Source: Azolla caroliniana (taxonomy: Eukaryota > Plantae > Polypodiophyta). Taken from it: DNA of 64,000 nt. How positions within the stretch are numbered: position 1 is the stretch's first letter; each line of letters opens with the position of its first letter. The DNA lies in NCBI GenBank assembly GCA_043228905.1, contig JBHGNT010000002.1, forward strand, positions 14,136,001 through 14,200,000, given 5' to 3'. Positions 25,139 through 37,571 of the stretch are shown here, piece after piece. The notes beneath the pieces were generated by a model that was not told the origin of the DNA, ran no database searches, and saw only the letters and a list, made by a program, of their open reading frames with translations. A program made the position numbers and the translations under genes.

Positions 25139-28100
25139 ATCAGTTCCTCCCACAAGAGGGACATATGCCTAACAAACTCCCCCTTCACTCTTGTGGGGAG
25201 GATTCCGTTATCTTTGTCCTCTATCGACAAACTCTAAGTCGGTCCATCGGTAGGTTCTTTGTCAGCATGTCAGATCCATTGTCGTCAGTATGGATCTTCA
25301 CGAGGGTGAACTAACCTTCTTCGACTTTCTCCTGTAACCAGTGATACCTTCTCTGTATGTGCTTGGTCCGGAAGTGGTATGCAACATTCTTGGGTAGATG
25401 CATGGCCCTCTAGTTGTCACAGTGAAGCAAGAAATCCTTTTGCTTCATCCCCAACTCGTTGAGGAAGTTTCTCATCCAAATCAGCTCCTTGTCAGACTCT
25501 ACCGCTGCCATGTACTCGGTGGTCGACAAGGCCACAAACTTCTGCAGTTGTGACTGCCACAACACTGCTCCCCCTTCATAGGTCATCACGTACCTTGACA
25601 TGTCTGAATCTATAAACCCTTCGAGGATGGGTTTTCCCACACCATGCTTAAGACACACACCCGAGTGCTCTTTAAATATACCTTCACTACAACCAAGTGT
25701 TCTCGTCATGGATTACTCATGTATCGGCTTACTATTCCCAAAACAAATGCTATGTCTGGTCTCATACAGACCATAGCATACATTAAGCTGCTGACAGTTG
25801 AGGCATATGGTATTTTTCTCATCTCAACCTTTTCTTTCTCCCCTCTTAGTCGACTGGCTTTGCTTCCGACATGTTGAATCTTTCTAGGATCTTAGTCACA
25901 TATTTCTCATGTGGCAACCACAACACTTAGTTCTATCTCGAACTATGTGCATCCCTAAGATTTGTTTAGCCGGTCCAAGATCTTTCATTGCAGACGATTT
26001 TCCTAGAGCTTTCTTCCAACTTGTGATCTTCCTTGTATCTTAACAGACTATCAACATGTCATCTACATATAACAACAAGATCAAGAAGTCACCTTCGTCG
26101 TACCTTTTGACGAACACACAATGATCAACTTGTGTTTTCTAGAACCTATGTTCCACCATGAAGGATTTGAACTTCTTGTACAATTAGTGTGGAGCTTGTT
26201 TCAACCCATACAAGCTTTTCCTCGGTCAACACACCAGGTTCTCTTTCCCTTTCTCCTCAAAGCCTTCGGGCTACTACATGTAAATCTCTTCATCCAAATC
26301 ACCGTGCAAGAATGTTGTCTTGACATCTAGTTGTTCGATCTCTAGATCCATATTGGCAGCTATGCTCAGAACAGTTCTAATCGATGTCATATTCACGACT
26401 GGGCCAATATTTTGTCGAAGTCGACACCATTTTTCTATTGGAACCCCTTCACCACAATGCGGGCTTTATACCTAGGCGCATTTTCGACCTCTCCATCTTC
26501 ACCTTGTAGACCCATTTGTTCTTGATAGCTCTCCTACCTTTCGGTAATTCTACTAGGTCGTGGGTGTAGTTTTCGTGCAAGGATTCCATCTCATCTTGCA
26601 ACGTGTTCAGCCATTTCTCTCTGTGTATGTCGGCAATAACTTCTTCATAGCATTCTGGCTCACCTTCATCAGTCAAGAGGGTGTATGTGACTAGCATATG
26701 TTGTCGGTGCTCTCCTTTCTCTGAGTGGGTATCTCTTTCCAGTCATTGTCAGCTTTAGTTTGGATGTCTCTGCCGAGTCTACTCTTGGCTCAGGTTCATG
26801 TATGTCGATCGGCTTCTCGAGGTTGGATGACTCACACTCGTATTCCTCGATTGATCGTAACAACTCTACCAACTCAGACTCATAGTTGGTCGGTCTCGCC
26901 GAGTCGACTGACTCAGATTCGGTTGTGCCAACTACCTGTCTCCAAACAGCTGGCTGTGTCAGTTGACTTGGCCTCAAGTCGATAGTAGTGGAGGTTGACT
27001 AGTTAGTCGTTTTCGACCTCTGTTGCTTCTAGTCCTCTATGGTTTTGTGTTCCAAGAAGACTACGTCCTGACTCCTCACCACCTTCTTGTCGATTAGGTC
27101 CCATAGCCTATAGCCAAACTCATCTTTTGAGTATCCCATGAATATGCATGGTTTCGACTTAGTGTCGAGCTTTGACCTCTTATCCTTAGCTACATGCATG
27201 TACAGTAGGCATTCGAACACCCTCAGGTGTCGGTAGAAGACATCATTTTCTATCCACGCCCTTTGTGGGACATCACCTTTCAACGATACTGAGGGGGACC
27301 TGTTGATCAAATAGACAGTTGTGTACATCGCCTCAGCCCAGTATATTTTCAGCAGTTTAGGATGCGACAACATGCTCCTTACTCTCTCCATGATTGTTCG
27401 ATTCATCCTCTCTACAAGCCCATTCAACTCAGGGGTCTTAGGTACTATGGATTCGATTCGAATACCTTGGGCCTTGAGGTATTCCTCGAACTGCCCTTTA
27501 TATTCGCCACCATTGTCGGTTCGGACAACCTTCAACTTCTGACCTAACTCCCATTCAGCTCTTTCCTGGAACTCCTTGAAAAATGACAATACTTGATCTT
27601 TTGACTTAAGTACAAAAGCCCACAACTTTCGACTATGGTCGTCGATGAAAGTCACAAAGTATTGTCCGCCTCGATGCGACAGAGCATCTACATAACACAC
27701 ATCTGTGTGTACCAAATCCAGTGCAAATTCTCTTCTTCTTGGTGGCCGTATGTGGAATGTTGCTCTGTTCTGCTTTTCAACTAAGCAATCGACGCACTTC
27801 TTCAGGTGCACTCCCTTTACTTTTGGTAGAAGCTTCTGGTCAGCCAACAGATTGAGTCCCTTCTCACCCATGTGGCCTAGCCTCTTATGCCATATCTATC
27901 ATGCCGAGTCGGTTGCCACATTCACTTCCGACTTGCACAATCAAGCTTGCATCATATATAGTATGCCTTCCTTCTGTGCTTGGGCCACTATAAGATTTCC
28001 TCAGTAGAACTTCCATTTCCCGTTTCGGAAGCTATCACTATAGCCTTCGTCGTCCAATCATCAGTGTCGAACATCCTTCACTGTTAGTCGACACCCTGTC

Positions 28101-30030
28101 GATGTCGTCAGGCAGACACTTCCAATTCCTGCTATGTTGCACTCCCCATTGTCGCCCATCTTTACATAACCATGATCACCGGCTATGTAAGTCGAGAAAT
28201 ATTCTCTCAACGGAGTTATGTTGAAAGATTGGATTTGTCTGTTCACAGATGAACAAAAGTTCTTCATTGCTCGTAGCAATGGCTGAAATGTACATTTCTT
28301 TAGGAATCTTCCTGGGTATGACATTATTACCGACACTCTTTTCCCTTTTAAGGTGTCGGCAATCCTGGAAATGTCCAGATTTTCCACAATAAAAGCACGC
28401 AAGCTTTCCTCTAGACTTCGACCTAGCTTGAGACTTTTCTCTCCTTGGTGGACTTCTTTGTCGGTTCCTTCCTCTGTCATTGTGTTGAGTCAAATTTGAC
28501 TCCGACTAGACAAGGACACCCTTTTCCTTCCTTCTTGCTTCCTCATTCAAGATGCTTGTCTTCACCGTTTGTAAAGAAAAGTTCTCTTCTTGATAGGAGG
28601 TGCTGAGAGTAACCACCAAGTTCTCTCAGTTGTTCGGTAGGGTGCACATCAGCAAGATGGCCTGCATAGCATCATCAAGGGGAAACTTGGTTGCAGCAAG
28701 TGGATATACATACCCCATGAAAGTGCTAACGTTTTCGACAATGCTCTCACCGTCTCTGTATTTCAGTTGTACGATCTTTCTCATCAGTGAGTTTTTATTT
28801 AGGTCGTTCTTCCTCTTATATAGACCTGAGAGCTTCTGCCACATCTCTTGGGCATTTGTGTCATTCGCCACATGTTGAAGGACACTTACATCGACGCATT
28901 GTCGGATGGTGGCCGCTGCCTTCTCTAATACCCTCGTGGGTATTTCTTCTCTGTCGATTGGTTCGTACAAGTCTTTGACTATGAGAAGTTCCTCCATCTT
29001 TATCTTCCAATCTGCATAGTTTTGAGAGTTTAGAACTATCATTCCTGGGAAGCCACTCACACCTCCTTCCATGCTTGCACCTCAAGCTCTGATACTAGTT
29101 TTCTAAGAAATGAATCGTCCATCTACAAAAAAGGAATATGTTGAAGTACACAACTCAGAACACAGAAAAACAGTGCACACGGATTTAACGTGGAACACCC
29201 TAAAGCGGGGGAAAAAAAACCACGGAGAAAGGAGCTTCACTATATAGTGGATATACATAAACAAGATCAGAGTACAACATTCTCTACACAGAGCGTAAAC
29301 AACCTCGCAGGGCTCTTGGCATATGTTGTTCTGATCACAACTATGGCGTTGCTCACTCACTCACGCTCCCGTACACTCTCTTCTCTCTACCTTGTCTATC
29401 TTTTCGCTACGCTACAGAGGCTCACCCATATATCTATGTACATGTTCTGTTTGCCCTAGGTGTATTTATACTAATACACAGAATGGGCTATTTACCATCA
29501 TGGCCATTATTATTCTCCAATAATAATAATAATAGTCTTACTAAATTGGAATAAATCCATTGCAATAAGAATGAAGAATAATAGAGTTTCAAATTGGTTG
29601 CCCCATCCAGATTTTCAATGGCTTCAACATGGGAGGTCAATACAATATCTTGGTTTAGAGGGAAAATTGCAATGGGTCTCTATGGAGGATGACCTTCTCA
29701 ATTTAGTGAAGTGGAAACCTATTAGGGTGCTTGCAAAAGCAGGGAAGGTATGTATTATTGATCCCTATCCTGAAAAAGTAAACCCTTTCTGGGATATTTG
29801 GGTTTGTGATAGTAAACCCTTATTGGAGTTAGAGTGGGATCCATCGGAGTGGTGGTGGAGAGATGCTAATGGTAAGATGATTTCTTTCTTTGACTACTCT
29901 ATAAAATTAGGTAGGGAATTCCAACGAAGGAGGAGTCTAGTTATGCCTATGCATTTAGTATTGGCATTTTGGAAATGGTTGTGGGCTTTACAAATGCCTC
30001 CCAAAATCATTACATTTAGATGAATGTGTG

Positions 30031-30711
30031 TGTTAGGAAATAGGTCCCTCCGGATGGGATGACCCGGTGAGAACCGGATGAGGAGTACCCAGCAACGGAA
30101 GACCTGGTGAGAACTGGATGAGGAGTACCCGGCAACGAAAGACCTGGTGGGAACCGGATGAGGAGTACCCGGCTACGGAAGACCCGGTGAGAACCAGATG
30201 ATGAGTGCCCGACAAGCGCCGGATGATGCAGGTCCGGTGAGGAGTGCTCACCGGATGAAGGGACATATTCGTAAATATGTTTCTGAGAGTCCATCGGGGC
30301 CATATTTGTAAATAACCAAAAAGTCATATTACTATAAATATGACTTAGGGCAAACTTAGTGTTGTTGTTGTCATTCTTGTTGGCGCAAGACTAGAGAGCG
30401 CGTAACAGTGTACAGACAGAGAGAGAGAGAGAGAGGAAGAGGTCATTGGCTTTGTTGTAACCGCCGCCTATGGCGAAGATCGTGAGCACGAGGTCGTTGC
30501 CTCCGTGAGCTCACTGTTGTAATCATTGTGATATAGTGATAGTTTGGAGTCTGTGAACTCCCGTGGTTTTTCCCTCTTAGGGTTTTCCACGTTAAACATA
30601 CTGTGTACTCTTCTCTCCTTTGTGTCGTGCGTTCACTATCCGTTTTCTGTGTTTGATTTTAGACTCGGTTGTGGCCGAGCATTGTTCATCAGGAGCGTGT
30701 AGTTCCTGTCA
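30031..30711 (+). mobile_element. Copia solo LTR inside the LINE
   Basis: TGTTAG...CTGTCA with perfect TSD GTGTG (30026-30030 / 30712-30716). Homologous to LTR 57226-57738. LINE frame restored on removal. Confidence 0.93.
30061..30260 (+). repeat. 40-bp tandem repeat (about 4 units plus a degenerate tail) in the solo LTR
   Basis: GACCCGGTGAGAACCGGATGAGGAGTACCC.GCAACGGAA at 30061, 30101, 30141 and 30181. Confidence 0.92.
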
Positions 30712-31689
30712 GTGTGTACACTATGCACTTCCAGTCTTGGAATGGATGCATAGGGAAGAGGGAACCAAAACTTGTTGTTTTTGTGGGCTTCACTTGGAAT
30801 CAATGCAACATGCCTTATGGAACTGTATGGCTGCATGTTCTGTTTGGAAACATATGTTGTGTCATATTGATGTTGCATATGGACCTAATGTGATTACATG
30901 GGGAAATGTCTTTTGGATGGACGTAAATGTGGATAAACATAATTATGAAAGGGAAAAGATATTGTTTACCCTTCAAACTAGGGGAAGGCAAGTTAAGGAT
31001 ATACCATACTCAAGCCCAAATCGGTTGAATGTGGATGACACAGTATGGGCTACGATATCATTGGTGGTTCTATGGAATATTTGGATAGTTCAATGCCAAA
31101 ATGTGTTTCAACAAATAAAGCAAAATCTTGTTCATTGTGTGAAGGAAATTTGGTTGATGATTATCTCAATTCTAAAAGGTCAATTTGACTCCTTCACGGG
31201 TAATGAAGATATGATTTTTCTGAAACAACAATCCTTTAAAGGAAAATGGAAGAAGGATTTGTTCGTTTTTCTGGAGAGAAATGACAAAATAGAATGACAA
31301 TATTTACCCCCCGGATGGTTGTTCCCTCCATAGGTGGAGGTTGGTTTCAATTATGACATAATGGGGGATATCTTACCCACCACTAAAATGTCTCATTATA
31401 GGTTTGTATTTGCTTTATTGCATTGGTAATGCAAACTATGGTGTAGTTTATGTTTAAAAAAAAAGTCTTACTAATCAGCCGACTCATTCATCAACTGTCG
31501 GGTCGTTCCGACTAGTTGGCCTGGCTCAACTAACCAATTGTGTCTTCGACCTCGATCAACTCTCTCTGAGTCAACTCCTCAACCATCGGCTCTCATTCGA
31601 TCAGTCGGCTGCTCCTTGTCTTCAACTGTCAGGTCTCTCTGAGTAGTCGGCTTCTCCCACTGGAGGGACATATTCTTAACAAGAACAGG

Positions 31690-32460
31690 AAGGGGATGGA
31701 TGTTTTCTAGCCAATGGGGGGAACAAAGAAATAGTAACAAGAGGTAAACCACACACTCGGGTAGACACCCGACGCCTGATAGAGGTAGATGCTCCTAATT
31801 GTAATACGATTGCCGAAATTTCAAATGAATGTCCTCTAATTGTTATCTCCCAATTCCAGATCAATCCTTGGGATCGGACGAACCTCATATTAGCCATTTA
31901 AAGCCAGAATGAGCAGACCTCCCATTGTTCAATGCTGAGGCGATTGTAGGTGGCTTTACTTATCACATCCACTCGTGAATCACCATCGATAATGTTTTCG
32001 GGCACCTCTTTACCCATGACAATTACTTTGATGGCCAGATTGTGCGCATCGAATATTCCTGACCCTTCACTTGATTGTGCAAAATTGATTGGTGTGATCG
32101 GTCGTTCCTCTTTCCTCACCACTGCCGCCACAGCCTCGTTGAACTGAAGGACCAAATTCAACAATCCACTCAACGGCACCATAATTTGGCATCCAGCCAA
32201 AGCTTGCCCAATTGGGTCTTCTCTAATTGGTTCATCGGCCACCAAGGGTTGTTGTTGTGATTGGGGTTTGCTGATTAGAATGTTTTGCATCTCATGTTTC
32301 ATACGATCGGCATTCGCGTTGTTGGCTTTTTCAATCTAGACTTGTGTCGCTGTTTGGAATTTTTCCTAAACATCCCACTCAGACTGCCTTGTTTTACCGC
32401 GGATCATGTTTACAATTGGAGCTTTACCACGGTCCCCCTCCGTGTTGGTTGGGCAGGATG
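31690..32460 (-). pseudogene. gag C-terminus/protease fragment of the extra-ORF gypsy family
   Basis: DRGKAPIVNMI; IIDGDSRVDVIS..T...L.I..WE.C.FWL, homologous to 43264-43638. Confidence 0.8.
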
Positions 32461-32698
32461 GCCGGAAGGTGTGAAAGAAGAAAGGGAGCCAAGCACAGTG
32501 TTGTTGGGTGGTGGGTGGAGCAAAGCACAATGTTGAAGGGGGTTGAGCGTGAGGCAGAGAGAGAGAGAGATGGAAAGAGAGACACAAAGCAAGTGTGAGA
32601 GGAACTTCTTCTATTTCATTCATGCCCCATGGATGGGGTTATATATGTAGTACATGAGGGTCACAATCCAAGAAAATACAATGAGGCATGTACAGTAG

Positions 32699-35600
32699 TG
32701 TAAAAAGTAGCATGCGGAAGCGTGTAGATGAAACCGGCTTCACTGGAGTTCAAACTGATCCGGATTGCAATCCGGCTCCCTGATCCAGCTCCTGGTTCCG
32801 AATACAAATCCGGAAACCGATCCGGTTCTTTGATATGAACTCTGATCCGGCTTTGGCTTATTCACTCGATCCGGATCCAGATGAGCTTGTCCACTCAACG
32901 CTCCTCCTTTTCTCCGGATCCAGATGACCTTGAGGTCGGATTGTGGTGTCAATGTTTGCCGGTCCTTTTCCTAGGCTCCTTCTGGCATCTTCGTGCCTTG
33001 CATGTGCCCCTCGACCCCTTCGGTTCCACACTCTTCAACCTTCTCGGTCCGCTTGTATGTTCAATAGGCCCATCTTAGCTCCTCCGTTGCTGCGACTTCT
33101 GCGCTTCTCGACCCATCGGATCCTCTATGTCGGCATTGACTTCCGTTGCCTTCTAGTCCACTTGGCCTACAACAGATCCTGCTTCTCCGAATCAATTTGT
33201 TGAACCGAATCCGTTGCCTTCAATTCGTTCCCGTTCTTGTCCAAGTTGACAGTCTCCAACTCATCCTCAGTCTTTAGGACCTTCACCACAGCAGACCATG
33301 TCCGAGTCTTGGCCTTCTTCTTCCAATCGGCTCTATCCTTCTTGACTCTGCCGCCGTCACCACTTGTTCCGACTAGTTCAGATTTGCCGACTTCTTCAGT
33401 CGACTCGACTCCCTTTTTCTTCATGTGTCCCCCTGTTTGGGTCTCCTTCTCTCCGTCTACTTGTCCAGTGTCTTTGCCTTTTTTCCCGGTTTTCATTCCG
33501 GTTCTCCCCATATCAATACCGGTTCTCCCCATCAAGTGCGGCATGTCGAGATGTTGGAGCCCAAGCTTCTTTGAAAAATGTTGCAACTGTCAGTTCCAAG
33601 TTCCTTGGTGAAGATGTCGGCAACACATCGTATCCGTTCAAACATACCAAAGTTCTACTTTATCATTGGGGACTCGCTCGCACATAAAGGATAATGCACT
33701 TCTATGTGCTTCGCCTGAGCATGGAACACAGGATTTTTTGTGAGCTGCATGCTACTCATGTTGTCGTAGTAGATTGGGATCGGAGTTGGTACATCAATCC
33801 GGAGGTCTTGCAACAGCCGCCAAAGCTAGATGGCTTCATAGGTGGCAACATTAGTGCCCCGATACTGAGCCTCAGTGCTCGATAGGGCCACTGTTGGCAG
33901 CTTCTTGCTGCTCCACGCAATAGCCATGCTACCAAGAGAAAATGAAAAACTAGAAGTGAACCGACGCATCTCCGGCCCAATTGGCATCTATATATCCAAC
34001 TAGCTTTTTGGTTATACTGAGTCGGTATAACAGTCCATGGTCCATAGTGCCACTAACATGAATCCCACAAGTATAGTTTATTAGATTAATCCATATTTAA
34101 AACCCTAATAATACCCAAGACTTTTTAACATTGATGTCGGGTCGGGTGATAGTAAGATAAATGAGGCTTCTGAAAATTTTTGAGAACCATTTCTCGTTGC
34201 AGGCCGGTTCGGAGTCGGGATGTAGCTTCAAGTTCCAGTCCAGGGCTCTAGAGACTGGTCGGCAATTAGTCATGTTGAGCTTGAATAGCATATTCAACAA
34301 GTAATGTGTCTGGGACAACAATATGCCATTGGGGGTATAGATCATTTCTATCCTAAGGATATAATGAAGGCCCCCATGTACTCATTATAACCGTACCGTT
34401 TTACGAGGTTCTTCTGGTGGGTCGATTGGCATAACTTCTTGTTAGCCGATTTCAAGGCCCTCTTGGCCAGCTTGGACTCCGTCTCTGAAGGTCCAATCCG
34501 TCTTCATTCTTTCCAGAGTCAAGACTCACTCAGATCCGACTCATCTTCTTCCTCTTTTGTACGGATTGTTTCGAGCTCACTGGCCTCATCTTCCGAAATC
34601 GGGTCGACGTCGGGGGTCGAAGTTGTTAGGACTACCATGATGCCGAATCATCAAATTTGGCATCTCGGCTCACTCGAACTTGTTTTGTTCGAGGGTTATA
34701 GCACTTATAACCCTTTTTGCTCATGTGAGTAGCCAACAAGGATACACTTCTCCAACTTCGGGTCTAGCTTTCTACGCTTCTAATCCGGCACGTGCACATA
34801 GGCAATGCTACTGAATAACCTAAGGTGTCGTAAAATCAGCTTACGCTCGAAATATAGCTCGTGTGCTGACACCTTATCCCCGATCCAATTTTGGATGTAG
34901 AAGGTCGTCCGAACCGCCTTGGCCCAGTACAACTTGGACATGCTCTTCTCTTCCAGCATCGCCTGTGCCGCCTCCACAATCGAATGTTTCTTCCTCTCGG
35001 CAATGCCATTTTGCTCCGGCGTATATTGGTAGCTGAATTCCCTCTAAATTCCTTTTTTGTTGCAGATAGTTGCTGAATTGTCTCGAAAAATACTCTTTTC
35101 CACCATCCGACCGCAAACACTTGATCTTTCTGCCCGTTTCCCGCTCAACAAGACTTTGTAGGTTCCGGAAACAGTCGAAGACTTTGCTTTTCTTCTCGAT
35201 GAGATAGAACCATGTGTGTCGGCCATAGTTGTCCATGAAGGAGACGAAATATCGGCTCCCGCCATGACTAACATTCTATGTTGGTCCCCATACATCCAAA
35301 TGTATCAATTCGACCTTGTTACGGCTGCGATTTCTTTCGATGGGGAACGAAAGCCAGTGGTGCTTCCCAAGCTCGCATGCTTCACAAATTTGGGCCTTGC
35401 GGCCACTAAATTTCAGCATTCTGTGTCAGCCTTCCCTTGCCAGTTTCTGGCGCCGCTTTGAATCCCCCTGCTCATGGAGGGTCTGGAACTGTTGTCGACA
35501 CTATCTTTGTTCCTTCGATTCTGCTCTTGCCGGCCGCCGCTATTGTGTGTTGACCGACCTCGTCCACCACGCCCATGAGGCTGATCTGGCTCCATGTACA

Positions 35601-36662
35601 GCATCTGACTGTCCAATTTACTGGTCCTCGATCCACTCACATGGTTTTCTTCAACCATCAACATCGATTGCAGGTCAAGAAGGACAGTGGTTTCTCCCGG
35701 CTGCAAATCATTGTCCAGATTGGCCCGTACTGTTGTGCCATACCACCAAGGCAAATCTGGACCATCTCGTCTTCATCCACCATCACGTTGATGGATGCGT
35801 CACAAATCTACTTTAACTTGGTGGTGTAGTCGGTAATCGACATTTCCCTTTGCCGGATGTTGTTGAGCTCTTGCCAAAGCTGCAACTTCCGGGCCGTTGT
35901 ACTGGCCGCGAAAATCTTCTTCAGATTCTCCCAAGCCTCTTTTGGCGTTTTTGCATCCTTGATGTAGTCGGGCATCTGGTCGTGCACATAGGATGCGAGG
36001 AAATTCAACACTATGCTCGCTCCTTGCTCCCATGCCGGGAAGTCCTTATGTTCCAACTCCAATAACCGTGTCCGAGTAGGTACTGGTGCATCTTGTAATA
36101 CCAAGATGCATAATTGATTCTATCGAGCTTCTCTATTGGAAGTGAGCTGGCCATCCCTCTGTCCCTTCTTTTTTTCGGTCAGTGCTTTTCCAGAAGTTAG
36201 GATTCGTCTATGGAAATCATTTGTCAACAATAGAGGTTCTCAACCTTCGCACTCTGATACCATCCATGTAAAAAGTAGCGTGCAGAAGCTTGTAGAAGAA
36301 ACTAGTTTCACCGTATAGCAACAGAATATGCATAGGTTTAATGGAATACTTAGACACATAGAGAGAGTACATGGGAGAGACAGAGAGAGCAAAATAGTAA
36401 AACTCAATTCAAAATAATAACACTCTGTACATACAATGTCCTACATAACACTTTTTATACAAGTCCGTAAAAGGACTAATAGAAGTACTAATATGTACTT
36501 CAATGCCCATATGAGCGACTGACACAGACTCCCATATGCCTACGTACTGGGCTAGATTTGTAGGCCTCTAATGACCTATCGGTTCACACTGATACGGATT
36601 ACAATCCGGCTCCCCGACCCGGCTCCTAGTTCCAGACACTGATCCGGTTCTTTGATCCAAAC
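32699..36662 (-). mobile_element. Ty1/copia element F (internally deleted) with long post-RNase H extension
   Basis: LTR pieces 32699-about 32900 and 36267-about 36662 both start TGTAAAAAGTAGC. PBS TGGTATCAGAGT at 36262-36251. gag DAKTPKEAWENLKKIF; INT KIKCLRSDGGKEY; RT remnant; RH. Confidence 0.85.
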
Positions 36663-37018
36663 GGTCCTAGGGTTTTCGTGAAGATGTCAGCCGTTTGAAG
36701 ATTTGTGTTGATGTGTAGAAGGTTGACATCTCCGGCCTGAACACACTCTCGAATGAAGTGATAGTGCACTTTGATAAGTTTTGTGCATGCGTGGAACACC
36801 GGGTTCCGAGCCAAATAAATACTGCTCATGTTGTGGCAGTAAAGGGGAGTCTGATCTTTGATGGGAACGCCCAGATCCTTCAAAATCCTCTTAAGCCATA
36901 CGGCTTCACATGCAGCTACGGCTGCGCCCCTGTATTCCGCCTCCATACTCGAAAGAGCGACGATAGGCTGCTTCTTGCTACTCCACGAAATCGCTCCGCT
37001 GCCAAGGGAGAAGACGAA
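36663..37018 (-). pseudogene. Copia RNase H fragment
   Basis: FVFSLGSGAISWSSKKQPIVALSSMEAEY...NPVFHACTKLIKVHYHFIRE...QTADIFTK. Confidence 0.92.
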
Positions 37019-37480
37019 TGTTACCCGTTCCTTTGGGTGAACACCTTCGATAGATCTGCGGCTATCGGTATTCAAGGGCGTGGTACGTGAAGGCTCGTAA
37101 CAGAGGCGTCGTGAGGGAGAAAATGATTATAGAGATAAAACACTAGCGAGATCTTGATAGGCGTGGGTGGCGCTGAAATCATAGGTATGAACCAAAGCAC
37201 AGACACATGGAGCAAAATGGGCACAAATCAGATATATTACTGCGGCAGAAAAAAGATTACAGAACACAGCCTATGGCCAGTGACCTTACAGGATTATCTA
37301 GTTACGATGGACTAAGCTAGTGCTTCCACCTATATTTTTCTTCTCTCCCCCTCTCAGGTATTGGTCCTCATTTAAATAACGTTTCCCCTAATACACAGTC
37401 GAGCCGTTGGTGGCCCGTGATATTCGGACTCAGCGTTTGCTAATTTCCTAATTTTACATTTCTGTCCTTTGGACAACACC

Positions 37481-37496
37481 TGGCACGCCCGTGGGA
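37481..37496 (+). promoter_or_regulatory. Inverted tRNA-Arg PBS in the PPT position of element C
   Basis: TGGCACGCCCGTGGGA lies 2 nt (CC) from the 3' LTR start, antisense to the element. No purine tract present. Confidence 0.8.
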
Positions 37497-37571
37497 TAGG
37501 ACCTTGTCCGTCGGACCCACGACTTAAAAAATACTAACAATATTACAAAAATTGCCTTTTAGGCGTGATCC

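Larger units (their letters stand above)
29545..31463 (+). mobile_element. 5'-truncated L1-clade LINE (ORF2 C-terminus, zf-RVT-like) with poly(A)
   Basis: TSD AGTCTTACTAA at 29534-29544 and 31464-31474. A-tail at 31456-31463. WKWLWALQMPPKIITF..CVHYALPV...CCFCG..ESMQHALWNC..ACSVW. Confidence 0.9.
25139..31681 (-). mobile_element. Ty1/copia element E; 3' LTR truncated, 5' LTR interrupted by a LINE
   Basis: LTR remnant 25139-25174 matches the end at about 31650-31681. PPT GTGAAGGGGGAGTT. RH/RT 25230-26700, INT 27029-27871, gag 28626-29072. Met PBS TAGTATCAGAGC at 29097-29086. Confidence 0.9.

Noticed and set aside
30061-30260. CRISPR or iteron interpretation of the 40-bp repeats
   Set aside because: Head-to-tail tandem units with no unique spacers, inside an LTR.
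37479-37496. Reading 37019-37478 as the 5' LTR plus PBS of a plus-strand element
   Set aside because: All downstream genes are on the minus strand, and element B shows that the true PBS follows the opposite (GTAACA) LTR end.
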